Shown here: positions 10,770 through 21,865 of the stretch, in pieces | Numbering within the stretch: position 1 is the stretch's first letter | Layout of the letters: the number at the start of each line of letters is the position of its first letter | NCBI GenBank assembly: GCA_038087875.1 | Contig: JAXLNO010005716.1 | Location: 1-64,000 of the forward strand | Length of the DNA stretch: 64,000 bases | Reading direction: 5' to 3' | DNA from: Malacoraja senta | Lineage: Eukaryota | Program-made: the position numbers and the translations under genes | The notes under the pieces: model-generated | What the model saw: only the letters and a program-made list of their open reading frames with translations | Databases searched by the model: none | Told to the model about the DNA's origin: nothing

Positions 10770-11072
10770 CTTTGGCACTTTCTGTCCGTGCTGACACTGG
10801 TGAGGATGATGGAGATCGTTGGGCAGAGCACACAACCTCCAACCCACTGGTCCATTCCTCAACACTGCTCCGGAGTTTACTGCTCAGTCTGGCTTGGGTC
10901 TTTTCCCCTCTCAGTTGGCGCGTCATAGCCCCTGCAGTTCTCTCACTTCCGCTCACTTGCCAGTAGATTTGGACCTGGCTCAGATCAGCACCCATTACCA
11001 CGCACACCACAGTAGCGGTCTTGTTGATCCAAATCTCTTCAGTGGAGGGGTTTTGGATAAAGACAGACAATT
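10770..11072 (-). CDS. IgW: IgW extra constant exon CH3b (CH3 paralogue, 303 nt)
   Basis: ctgcag| acceptor, G|gtgggc donor, phase 1/1, open frame with canonical Cys/Trp; 13 nt differences from CH3c. Confidence 0.9.
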
Positions 11073-11344
11073 CTGCAGATGAGAAATAGGAAGCTTACAA
11101 ACCGGACAAGGTCTGGTGTTGTCGTCACCGATCAAGTGGACTCTGACGACTTGCATTCATTTTCCAGACTCACTTTATTGACGTGTGCACAAAGAGAGCA
11201 GCACAGTCCCAGTTACCTGCTGCTCTGAAATTCCACTCAGCATTTATACAGAGTTTGACCCTTGAAATTATGCGCACTCTCTAATTTCTAATAATCGAAC
11301 ACAATACATTCTCCACAACACTTATACAAATACAATAACACTAA

Positions 11345-14104
11345 TACCCTGTCTCACGGTGCGAGTCCACCCACGAGTGATCCCGAGTGAAAGAAAAAAT
11401 CTAACTCGTGGTTGTCTACGAGATTCCAAGTTTATGTTCACGAGTTTAAACGAGTTCCCACGTGTATGTTTAAGTTTGCCGTTTACTTCTCATTTCTGCG
11501 ATGTACCAAGTTCCTCTCCCGAGTTACCAAGCTCCTCTCCCGAGTTACTCTTGAGCCAACAACGACTACCGACGTGTGGAAAAATCATCACATGGTAAAA
11601 ATGATGTCATGCAGTTTTTTTTCGCTATAAATAGACACAGCCTGAAGAACGATCTCGACCGGAAACTTCACCTATTTCTTTTCTCCAGAGATGCTGCCTG
11701 ACCAGCTGAGTTAGTCCATCATTTTGTGTCTATTTTTGGTTTAAACTAGTATCTGCAATTCCTTCCTTCAAACTTTTAGAGCAGTTTGTTTCAAGAAACA
11801 ATCCTTCCAAAATTGCATTCAAAAGTCCATTTGAACAGCATTTGTTCAAGGTCTGGCATCAATCATTGAAAGGCATAGGCTGTTTTGTGTCGGGAGGAAC
11901 TGCAAATGCTGGTTTACACCGAAGATAGACACAAAATGCTGGAGTAACTCAGCGGGACATGCAGCATTTCTGGAGAGAAGGAATGGGTGACGTTTCTGGT
12001 CGAGTCCCTTCTTCAGACTGAAAAAACGTTTCGACCCTTCTCTCCAGAGATGCTGCCGTCCGGCTTGGCTGAGTTACTCCAGCTTCTTGTGTCTAGTAAG
12101 ATTGTTTTATTCCCTTAATTTATCTCTCATCAAAACATTGGTAAACTTCTAACAAAAAGATTAGGTAAATTGAACATTAAGGTTATTTTTTCCCCCGACA
12201 GCAAGGTCTGTAGACCAGAGGGATAGCAGTGTGTGTCTCTACTCACCCAGTATGTCCGTTAGAGCAGCCGTCCCACCGTTGCGACTTAAACTGTATAAAA
12301 AGCAGCGGCTCAAAACATTGTTGATTGGGCAGATCTGCCCAGAAACCACCCCTTTCACACTCACCCCAGCCCTGGGAAACAGTTTTCAGAGCCCAACAGT
12401 CAACCCAGCCCGCCCGCGAACCTTTGTATGAAAGACAAAGCTCAGATGTTCTCTTCAGCAGTGGTGTCCCAGAGTTTCCCAGCGCCTGGCCCAAGTTTCA
12501 ATTTAAACTCAGGTAAACAGAGTTTTTATTAAAAACCCGAATACAATTGGCCCTTAATTGTAAATATGAGAATGTTTCCCTATATTGTACGATAGACTAT
12601 CTATCATCCGGTGTAGATACCATAATTTATTGGAAAAATATGAATACACGAACACAGTAGTTAAAAATTGGAGTCATATCCTATCTACATCTCACACTCT
12701 CTCGCTGTGTTTCTAAGAAATGTCATTAAGGACTTATGTTATGTGTTTTTGCTGGACTGAAACCAACCCATTTACAATGTAAAGTTGTGGGTAACTTTTT
12801 AGGAGAATACTTGTGATGTAAAGAACCTGAAATTAATTTATTTTTCATAACACACAAAAATAACTCTGGTCTTAATTACCGATGCAGCTTGTGAACTTAT
12901 TTGTGGGTGCGGCAGCATCTATGGAATGAAGGAAATAGGCAACATTTCGGGCCGAAACCCTTCTTCAGACTGAAGAAGGGTTTCAGCCCGAAACGTTGCC
13001 TATTTCCTTCGCTCCATAGATGCTGCCACACCCGCTGAGTTTCTCCAACACTTTTGTCTACCTTTGATTTTCCAGCATCTTCTTGAACGTGAACTTATTT
13101 TGTGAACTTCCCCACTGAACGCCTCCTATCTTTGGCAAGCATATTGCACGGGTTAGTACAAATACACTTAAAACTCTGAATAGCAATATGCCACAAAGGA
13201 GCTTCCAACGATTCATTTATCAAGAAGCTTGAGTAACTCAGCGGGACAGACGCCATCTCTGGAGAGAAGGAATAGGTGACGTTTCGGGTCGAGACCCTTC
13301 TTCGGATTAATCCTGCATCTGCAGTTCCTTCCCATTTATAATTTATAACATTTATAAAATTCCCATTTATAAAATTATAAAATAAAACATCCCATTTACA
13401 ACATTGTTTTGACCAATTGCTCTCTAACGCGGACAGACTGGGTGGAAAGTGATGCCTTAGAAAATCCCCTGTATAAATGCATCAGCCTTCAATAACTGAT
13501 GTTAATTTGTCGGATATAAATCCTGAGACGGGACACCTGTCCCATATATCTGCTTCTCCATAAAAAGTGCATAAACCTAACAAGGATTCATTGCACCGTT
13601 TCAATGTGAAAAGTTAAAGTTCTGAAGGGAACTAATTAACTCTCGCAATGCGGCTTTCCCAACACTGCATGGTTCATTCTTTTTGCCACTGTTTCTCAGA
13701 TCCCCGGTGAGTGCTTTTTGCTCCTTAACAGTGAATTGTTAGATCACTGTAAAATTTTCCATTAAGATCTGACTAATCTTCAACATTTCACTTCTGGCAC
13801 TCAGGCCAAACCCACGAGTTACTCACGAGTCACTACGGTAAACTCACGGGCTACTACGGTATTACAACGAGTTTAAAAGTTTCACATTTTTCCTTCAAGA
13901 GTAAATTTGACTCGTGGAAATCTTTCAACATGTTGAAAAATTTTCACGAGTTAACAAGTTTCCCGAGGACCCGCTGTTAGTGTTACGAGTCGCTAAGTTA
14001 CGTCCACGAGTTCCCGCTATGTTAATTCTACGTGATTACCACGAGTTTGATTTGTTTTTAACTCAGGATCACTCGTGGGTGAACTCGCACCGTGAGACAG
14101 GGGT
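11345..14104. mobile_element. ~2.75-kb non-autonomous DNA transposon with long TIRs (Harbinger-like)
   Basis: accctgtctcacggtgcgagtccacccacgagtgatcc at 11346 is the inverted repeat of ggatcactcgtgggtgaactcgcaccgtgagacagggg at 14066-14103; TAA-like flanks. Confidence 0.7.
12905..13033. repeat. Near-perfect ~130-bp palindrome made of two inverted Penelope-type termini with hammerhead-like cores
   Basis: cttcttcag-a-ctgaagaag centre; each arm reads CTGAAGA-A-GGGTTTCRGCCC-GAAA-YGTT. Confidence 0.75.
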
Positions 14105-14139
14105 TTAACACAAATAAAACTACATGCTGTTCAATTCTT

Positions 14140-14640
14140 TATTGGTATTTAATTTTAGTGTACCATAGAAAGCATTTTATCAGGATGCATCACGGCATGG
14201 TTTGGGAACAGCTCCATCCAAGAAATGGCAGCGAATTGTGGTTGCAGCCCAGATCATCACACAAACTAACCTCCCTTCCACTGACTCCATTTACATCTCA
14301 CGCTGCCTCGGCAAGGCCAGCAGCATAATCAAGGACAAGTCGCACCCTGGCCACTCTCTCTTCTCCCCTCTCCCATCAGGCAAAAGGTATAGGTGTGAAA
14401 ATGCACACCTCCAGATTCAGGGACAGTTTCTTCCCAGCTGTTATCAAGGAACTGAACCATCCCCTCGCCAACTAGAGCGCAGTACTGAGCTATCACCTAC
14501 CTCACTGGAGACCCTCGCACTATGTATAATCGGACATTACCTAGCACAAAACATTATTCCCTGGTGGAATGACACGTTAGCATGCAACAAAAAGCATTTT
14601 CACTGTACCTCGGTCTACGTGACAATAAACTAAACTAAAC
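14140..14640 (+). mobile_element. Rex1/Babar-like LINE 3' fragment with (taaac)n tail
   Basis: QIITQTNLPSTDSIYISRCLGKASSIIKDKSHPGHSLFSPLPSGKRY. Confidence 0.82.
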
Positions 14641-15570
14641 AACCCTCGGCCTACACAATGGGCATTGCATCCCCCACCCTAGACCATTACTCCTTCCACC
14701 ATCGACACTTCACGCTGCCTCAGGAAAGCAGCCAACATCATCGAGGAACCCTCACATCCCAGTCATTGTCTCTACTCCCCTCTCCAGAAGATACAAGAAG
14801 CTTGAAAGCATGTAGCAGCAGATTCAAGAACAGATTTACTATAAGCACCGACAGGCAGATGTTTAATTGTAACATTGGAATAGAAGAGTTACCAATGATG
14901 AGTTGTCTCTTTTATTCAACATCATCCGTGCACACCCACTGAGGACAGAGACTCCTCAAACAACCATCCCCCTTGTTAGACACAGATGTCATGTGTGGCT
15001 CAGTGGTGAGCAATGTCACCTCATGAAAGCTGCTGTCTTTGGGATGAGGCTTTAAGGAGGTGCTTCTCAGGTAGATATCAGCAATGCCACGACATGACCA
15101 CGAGAGTTCTGCTCAGAGTCCTGAGCTAATATTTATCCTGAAACCAAACAGCTAAACACAGGTGGGCTGTGGGAGAGCTGGGAAGGGGAGGGGAAAGAGG
15201 GAGAAAGCAAGGACTACCTGACGCAGGTGATCTGCCCAGATTTGGTTTGCCGTGTGGGAGCTTGCATCAGGTACATTGTCACAGCTGGGCTAGGAAAGAC
15301 CATGGTCCAATCAGATCACCTTGTGTCACCCTGACGGTCGCATGGCACAGTGATAATGGAGTTAACGACCAACGACCACAATCAATCTCTGTCTTCAACT
15401 GGTCCAGGCGTGGGTGTGAGAACACCCAATGGTGGAAGGTTTTGGACACATTGATCCAACAACACCTATTTCTCCCAGAATGTGCACACCTCACATCCCA
15501 AGCTACCCATGTACTCCCACCCAAAACACACCAGTCAAGGACACGCACACAAAACCTTTTTCACATCACA

Positions 15571-15576
15571 TTTATT
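15571..15576 (-). terminator. polyA signal of the long secreted IgW transcript
   Basis: AATAAA ~290 nt after CH6 stop, followed by GU-rich tgtgatgtga...ttttgtgtgcgtgt. Confidence 0.75.
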
Positions 15577-15868
15577 GAACTTGTATTGATACATTGACAC
15601 ATACATAGATTTAATACATCGTGTGATCCCATACATCGTTGAAATCTGTTCAAGCATGGCAGAAAAAGTTCTGTAAATGTGTCCAGAAGCTCAGACATTT
15701 GTGGTGAATCATGGCTGTGGCTTAATTTGTATCTCGTGTGGAATTTTGTTTTTAATGATTTACAAAGGTTCACATTTTGATGATGTATTAGGTAACTAAC
15801 CCATCATCCTCTGGGTCAGTTAACAAATCCAGAAATGAACAAAACAAATGTTTGAGAAATGAATCATG

Positions 15869-16254
15869 TTACACACAAGATTTAAAGCTGTCAGCCAGAA
15901 CAAGTGAGACATTGACCAGGGTGGGTTTGTTGTGAGATTTATTGATGCTTCTAAATAGGCTGGTTGTCATGGACCCGTGTCCCACAACACAGGAGAAGGT
16001 GGTGCCACGGTTCCACTCCTCTGGAGAAACCTTCAACTGACTGGTCATGGTGTTCCACCCATTCCTGGTGTCCTTGGTCACGGGCTGGTTCACGATCCCT
16101 GTCTTCAGAAGGGTGTCGTTGGCCATCCAAGCCACATAGATGTCTGCAGGAGAGAATTTGGTGACCAGGCACGTCAAGGTGGCCGTCTTATCCGTCTCCA
16201 CCTCATCCAATGAAGGCGGGAGGAGGTAGACTTGAGGACGACTCTCATCTCCAT
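15869..16254 (-). CDS. IgW: IgW CH6 plus secretory tailpiece (terminal exon of long secreted form)
   Basis: gttcccag| phase 1; DGDESRPQVYLLPP...TLTCLVTKFSPADIYVAW...EEWNRGTTFSCVVGH...KPTLVNVSLVLADSFKSCV*; tailpiece has NVS sequon and penultimate Cys as in IgM/IgW. Confidence 0.96.
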
Positions 16255-16434
16255 CTGGGAACAGAGAGAACCTGAGTTAGACTAAATCTGTCAGTAATTC
16301 TGTACTTACCCAATACATTCCAATCTTATACTGACATGGACACCGTTTACATCCTGAGGGACCTCAGTTCACCTGAAACTAAAGGCTTTTCCTTTCTGCT
16401 CATTGTAGGGATGTGTGGAAGAGAAATCATGCCT

Positions 16435-17640
16435 CTGGTGCATTTTACAGGATGGCATGGTGGCGCAGCGGTAGAATTGCTGCCTCCAATGCCAGAGACA
16501 TGGGTTTGATCCCAACTATGGGTGGTGTCTGTATGGAGTTTGTATGTGACCGCGTGGGTTTTCTCCAGGTGCTCAGGTTTCCTCCCACTCTCCAAAAACG
16601 TACATGTTCTCTGTATGGCGGGACTGTCATATGCTGAGAGAATGGAGCGGCTGGGCTTGTATACTCTGGAATTTAGAAGGATGAGAGGGAATCTGATCGA
16701 AACATAAGATTATTCAGGGTTTGGACACGTTAGAGGCAGGAAACATGTTCCCGATGTTTGGGGATTCCAGAACCAGGGGCCATAGTTTAAGAATAAGGGG
16801 TAAGCCATTTTGAACAGAGTTGAGGAAACACAGAGAGTTGTGAGTCTATGGAATTCTCGGCCTCAGAGGGCGGCGGAGGCCGATTCTCTGGATACTTTCA
16901 AGAGAGAGCTAGATAGGGCTCTTAAAGATAGCGGAGTCAGGGGATAGGGGGAGAAGGCAGGATCGGGGTACTGATTGGGGATGATCAGCCACGATCGCAT
17001 TGAATGGCAGTGCTGGCTCGAACTTCACTGGCTTCCCATTTCCCACCGGATCATCTACAAAATCCTGGTCCTCACCTACAAAGCCCTCAACCACTTGGCC
17101 CCCCCTTATCTCACTGACCTCCTCTCTCCCTACCAACCCTCACGGTCCCTCAGATCCACATCAGCCGGTCTCCTCTCCATTCCGAAATCCAACCTCTGCA
17201 CTTTTGGAAACAGAGCCTTCTCCAGGGCAGCTCCCAGGCTCTGGAACTCCTTCCCACTATTGATTCGAAATTCTGAGTCCCTCACCATCCTCCAGTCCCG
17301 CCTCAAGACCCATCTCTTCACCTCTGCATACCCTTAGTCCCATGTCCCCCTCCCCTTTGCATCTCTGTCTTACTGCTCTATTTTGTTTTGTTCTTGACTC
17401 TCCATGTAAAGCGACTTTGAGTCCTTGAAAAGCACTATACAAATAAAATGTATTATTATTATTATTACTCCTGCACCTATTGTCTATTGTCTATTGTTTG
17501 TAGGCTAATTTTCTTGGTTTAATTGTAAATTGTCCTTGGTATGTGCTGGGTAGTGTTAGTGTGCGGGGATCGCTGGTCGGCCCGGACTTGATGGGCCGAA
17601 GGGCACTGTATCTCTAAACTAAACTGAACTAGAGCTTCCA
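16435..17640 (+). mobile_element. Nested insertion: tRNA-derived SINE > CR1 3' end (~16610-17500) > L2 3' end (~17012-17467)
   Basis: SINE head tggcgcagcggtag; CR1 RT end; L2 motif LHWLPISHRIIYKILVLTYKAL...AFSRAAPRLWNS with (att)n tail inside the CR1 3' UTR; SINE tail (taaac)n resumes. Confidence 0.8.
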
Positions 17641-18079
17641 GTGAGTTTAAATTGGTTAGTTAATCAACAGGAACCACTGAATGCTGAGACTCTACAGAAA
17701 GTGGAACTCAGTCCTTGGACCAGCCTGGTCCTGCGCTGTCTGTTCCATCTCCCCTTCTGCTTAAATGATCTGCTGGACTTTGCCTCAAGCTCCCTGCCCT
17801 TCCAGTCCTGACTCAGTCTGTATCTCGGCTTGTGAAAGCTGCAAATCCCTCTCCCTCGACTGTCGAAGCAGCTCAAACTGTGGGAACAAGTGTGGTTTTG
17901 GGCGAGGCTGTCGTGGTGACTTGGGATTTTAATGATGTGGTTAATCAGCTGAGTTTAATCTTCTTTTGCACCCTCACACTCTCTGACCATCTGTAAGTCC
18001 ACCCAATATCCATTAGATATCAACTGGAGTTCAGAAAAATCCAAAGGAATCTGACAGAAACTATTAAATTCTTAACCGG

Positions 18080-19290
18080 ATTGATGAAGGGGAGCCAGTG
18101 GATGTAGTGTGTCTAGACTTTCAGAAAGCCTTTGATAAGGTCCCGCACGGGAGACGGCTGACTAAAATTAGGACACATGGTATTGGGTAGGGTGTTGACG
18201 TGGATAGAAAATTGGTTGGCAGACAGGAAGCAAAGAGTAGGAGTGAACAGGTCTTTTCAGAATGGCAGGCAGTGGCGAGTGGAGTGCCGCAAGGCTCAGT
18301 GTTGGGGCCGCAACTGTTTACATTATATGTTAATGATTTGGAAGAGGGAATTAGGAGCAACACCAGCAAGTTTGCGGATGACACAAAGTTGGGTGGCAGT
18401 GTGAACTGTGAAGAGGATGCTGGGAGGTTGCAAGGTGTCCGGGACAGGTTGGGTGAGTGGGCAGATGCGTGGCAGATTCAGTATAATATAGATAAATGTG
18501 AGGTTATTCACTTTGGTGACAAAAACAAGGGGGCAGATTATTATCTCAATGGGGTTAGGTTAGGTAAGGGGGAAGTACAGCGAGACCTGGGTGTCCTTGT
18601 ACACCGGTCACTGAAAGTTAGCGTGCAGATACAGCAGGCAGTGAAGAAAGCTAATGGAATGTTGGCCTTCATAACAAGAGAATTTTAGTATAAGAGTAGG
18701 GAGGTTCTTCTGCAGTTGTATAGGGCTCTGGTAAGACCACATCTGGAGTATTGTGTACAGTTTTGGTCTCCGAATTTGTGGAAGGACATCCTTGTGATTG
18801 AGGTTCACGAGATTGATCCCTCGGATGGCGGGACTGTCATATGAGGAAAGATTGAAAAGACTAGGCTTGTATCCACTGGAGTTTAGAAGGATGAGGGGGG
18901 GGTCTTATAGAAACATATAAAATTATAAAAGGATTGGACAAGCTAGATGCAGGAAAAATGTTCCCAATGTTGGATGAGTCCAGAACCAGGGGGTCAGTCT
19001 TAGAATAAAGGGGAGGCCATTTAAGACTGAGGTGAGAAAAAATGTTTTCATCCAGTGAGTTGTGAACTTGTGGAATTCCCTGCCACAGAGGGCAGAGGAG
19101 GCCAAATCACGTGATGGATTTGAGAGAGTTAGATAGAGCTCTAGGGGCTAGTGGAATCAAGGGATATGGGGAGAAGGCAGGCACGGGTTTTTGATTGGGG
19201 ATGATCAGCCATGATCACAATGAATGGTGGTGCGGGCTCGAAGGGCCGAATGGCCTCCTCCTGCACCTGTTTTCTATGTTTCTATGAACT
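18080..19290 (+). mobile_element. CR1 LINE RT plus 3' UTR, degenerate
   Basis: LDFQKAFDKVPH, VPQGSVLGP, FADDTKL, GVRLGKGEVQRDLGV. Confidence 0.9.
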
Positions 19291-19684
19291 GGTGAGGCAG
19301 AGGAAGAATATTTCAGATATTGGGGAATCCAGGCCAGGAGATGACAGTCTGAGGTGAAGGTGTGTAGGTGTGAGAGGGGGAGAAATGTCTTCACCCAGAC
19401 AGTGGTGAAACTGGGCATTCTCTGCCACAGACAGCACTGGAGCCCAATTATTAGATATATGCAAGAATGAGTTGGATCCAGTTCTCAGGGTAAAGGGATC
19501 AAGGAATATGGCGAGAATGCAGGAAGTGAGTACTGAATATGGATGATCAGCCGTGCTCATATTGAAGGTCTGTGCAGGATTGAAGGGCTGAATGGCCTGC
19601 TCCTGCAATTATTTTCTATGCTGGATGTGATAAATCTGTCCATTTGCTCAGATCAGACTCGCACCAACCTCTGTCCACACGTAC

Positions 19685-20005
19685 CTGTCGGCTTCTCCAA
19701 AAATCTGCTCTCCGGTGTTGGCAAACTCTTGTCCTCAACCACACAGGTGTACCGAGCCCCACTCTCCCACTCTGCAGCGGGGGCCGTCAGTCCGCTGGCG
19801 ATTGTGTATGCACCTCCGATCCTCTCTGCACCACGAGTTGTCACCCCGTCTTCTCTCTTCATTCCATTCACTTGCCAGGTTACCCTGAATCCCTCTAAAT
19901 CACTGTGAACCACCTTACACAGAATGGTGGCTGTCTTGTTGATCCAGATCTCTTCGAAGGAAGGTTTGCTTAAAGTGACCGAGGGTCGGGTATCTGAACA
20001 GTCAT
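19685..20005 (-). CDS. IgW: IgW CH5
   Basis: ttctcccag| and G|gtacgt, 321 nt, phase 1/1; DDCSDTRPSVTLSKPSFEEIWINKTATILCKVV...VTW...EWESGARYTCVV. Confidence 0.94.
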
Positions 20006-21003
20006 CTGGGAGAAATCACAATTATTATGTCATCGTTCCCTGATGGAGCAGCTTGCCACTGAAGTATTTTGTGTTCATCTCCACCGAATGATATGCCGGT
20101 CCCATCAACATCAGGGAGATTTATCTACATTGGTGTAGGAATGAAGATTCCTATTGATCCCACAAGGAAACCTTGCTAAACAATGTGAATTAACAAGTTG
20201 ACTTTTACATTATTTGACAGTTTTGTGATCATTGAACCTGTTACCAGCTATTTACTGAATCAAATGTATAAAATTCCCTCTGAGGAGAGGCAAATCAAGC
20301 TAATGTTTGAGGTCAAAATGTTCAGTTCAGTTTAGTTTATTGTCACGTGTACCGAGGTACAGTGAAAAGCTTGTGTTGCGTACTAACCAGTCAGCGGAAA
20401 GTTCTTCACTTTATATTATAAATTAGAAGCAGCGGCATTATGTTATTTAGTCACGAGTGGTCCGGAGTAGGATGAAGAAAGGTCTCGACCCGAAACCTCA
20501 CCTCCCCATGTCCTCCAGGGATGTTGCCTGACCTGCTGAATTACTCCAGCACTTTGTGTTCTTTCATTTAGTCACAACTGTTTAAATGCAGTTTGTATCC
20601 ATGAGGTGTAACTAAACTCTCCTGCTGCTTTGTCAGAATGTTGTGTGTTGCAGCCGGCCTGTCCCAGAGGCTGCTACACATTGCCCAGACTGACTGTTGC
20701 CACGCTGGGGCAGGGAGAGAGCTGCTCTGCTGGACACTCTGTCACAGCTGAGGCACCCACTCACATTAAGTACAAAGGCAGAGGGAAAGACCGTTTTGAA
20801 GAAGCGTATCGTGGATCTCCACCGTGTCTGGCCTGTCGACTGGCTTGGATTGCCCTCAAGTTACTAAAGCAATGTCAAAGATACAATTATTTCTGTGGCC
20901 AGACTCACTTACAAGCCCATAACAGGACTGCACCGTGTTACAGTGTTGCCCATGTGTGGTACAGTTTACAATGTGGAGAATGGAGTGAATCCCAGGAGCC
21001 TAC

Positions 21004-21321
21004 CTTGGATGTTCTTCACATCCTTCGTGATGATGGTGTTGGAGGCGCGATGATACACTGTACAATTGAAGCGTGAGCCTAATTTCCAATCCTCTGTACT
21101 CGTGGTCAGGAAGTGGCTGGCACTGAAAGTACCCCCCTGCTCCAGAGCAGTTGGTGCAGCACTGGTGTTGTTGGAGATCAGGGCACCGTCTTTACTCCAA
21201 GTGACGTTGATGAGGTCTGGGTAGAATCCAGAGACCACACACTCGAGGGTGACCTTGTGGCTACGCTTGGTCTCTTCGTGTGATGGAAGCAGCAGTCTGA
21301 CTTCAGGTTTTTTGGGCTCAA
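21004..21321 (-). CDS. IgW: IgW CH4
   Basis: gttctag| and G|gtaggc, 318 nt, phase 1/1; VEPKKPEVRLLLPS...TLECVVSGFYP..VTW...EDWKLGSRFNCTVYH. Confidence 0.95.
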
Positions 21322-21349
21322 CTAGAACAGAGGAAAATAAATGTTAAAC

Positions 21350-21815
21350 TCTCTCATAGTCATAGAGTGATACAGTGTGGAAACAGGCCCTTCAGCCCAA
21401 CTTGCCCACCCTGGCCAACATGTCCCAGTTACATTAGTCTCATCTGCCGTGTTTGGTTCCCATCCCTCCAAACCTGTCCCTGTCTGTTTTTTTTATGTTA
21501 GGATAGTCCCTGCCTCAACTACCTGCTCTGGCAGCTTGTTTCATACATCCTCCAACATTTGCGTGAAAAAGTTACCCCTCAGATTCCTATTAAATCTTTC
21601 CCCCTTCACCTTAAACCTATGTCCTCTGGTACTTAATTCACCTACTCTGGGCAAGAGACTCTGTGCATCTATCCAATCTATTTCTCTCATGATTTTATAC
21701 ACCTCAATAAGATATTCCCTCATCCTCCTACGCTCCAAGGAATAGGGTCCCAGCCCACTCAACCTCTCCCTATAGCTCTCTAGCCCTGGCAACATCCTTG
21801 TAAATCCCCTCTGTA
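21350..21815 (-). mobile_element. Degenerate CR1 3' end plus SINE-like tail inside the short CH3-CH4 intron
   Basis: ERLSGLGPYSLERRRMR.YLIEVYKIM...KVKGERFNRNLRGNFFTQ. Confidence 0.78.
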
Positions 21816-21865
21816 CCCTCTCTCTCTCTCTGTCACGGCCATTTAATCACTGATCTGTTGCCCAC

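Noticed and set aside
15346-15373. CACAGTG-12-ACGACCAAC cryptic RSS
   Set aside because: Poor nonamer and no adjacent gene segment; heptamers occur by chance
15938-15943. AATAAA inside CH6 coding sequence
   Set aside because: Arises from Ile-Asn-Lys codons; use would give a non-stop transcript and a better signal exists at 15571
20006-21003. Possible secretory or TM exon between CH4 and CH5
   Set aside because: The best acceptor (gctttag) hits an immediate stop in phase 1; no hydrophobic or Cys-tail frame found
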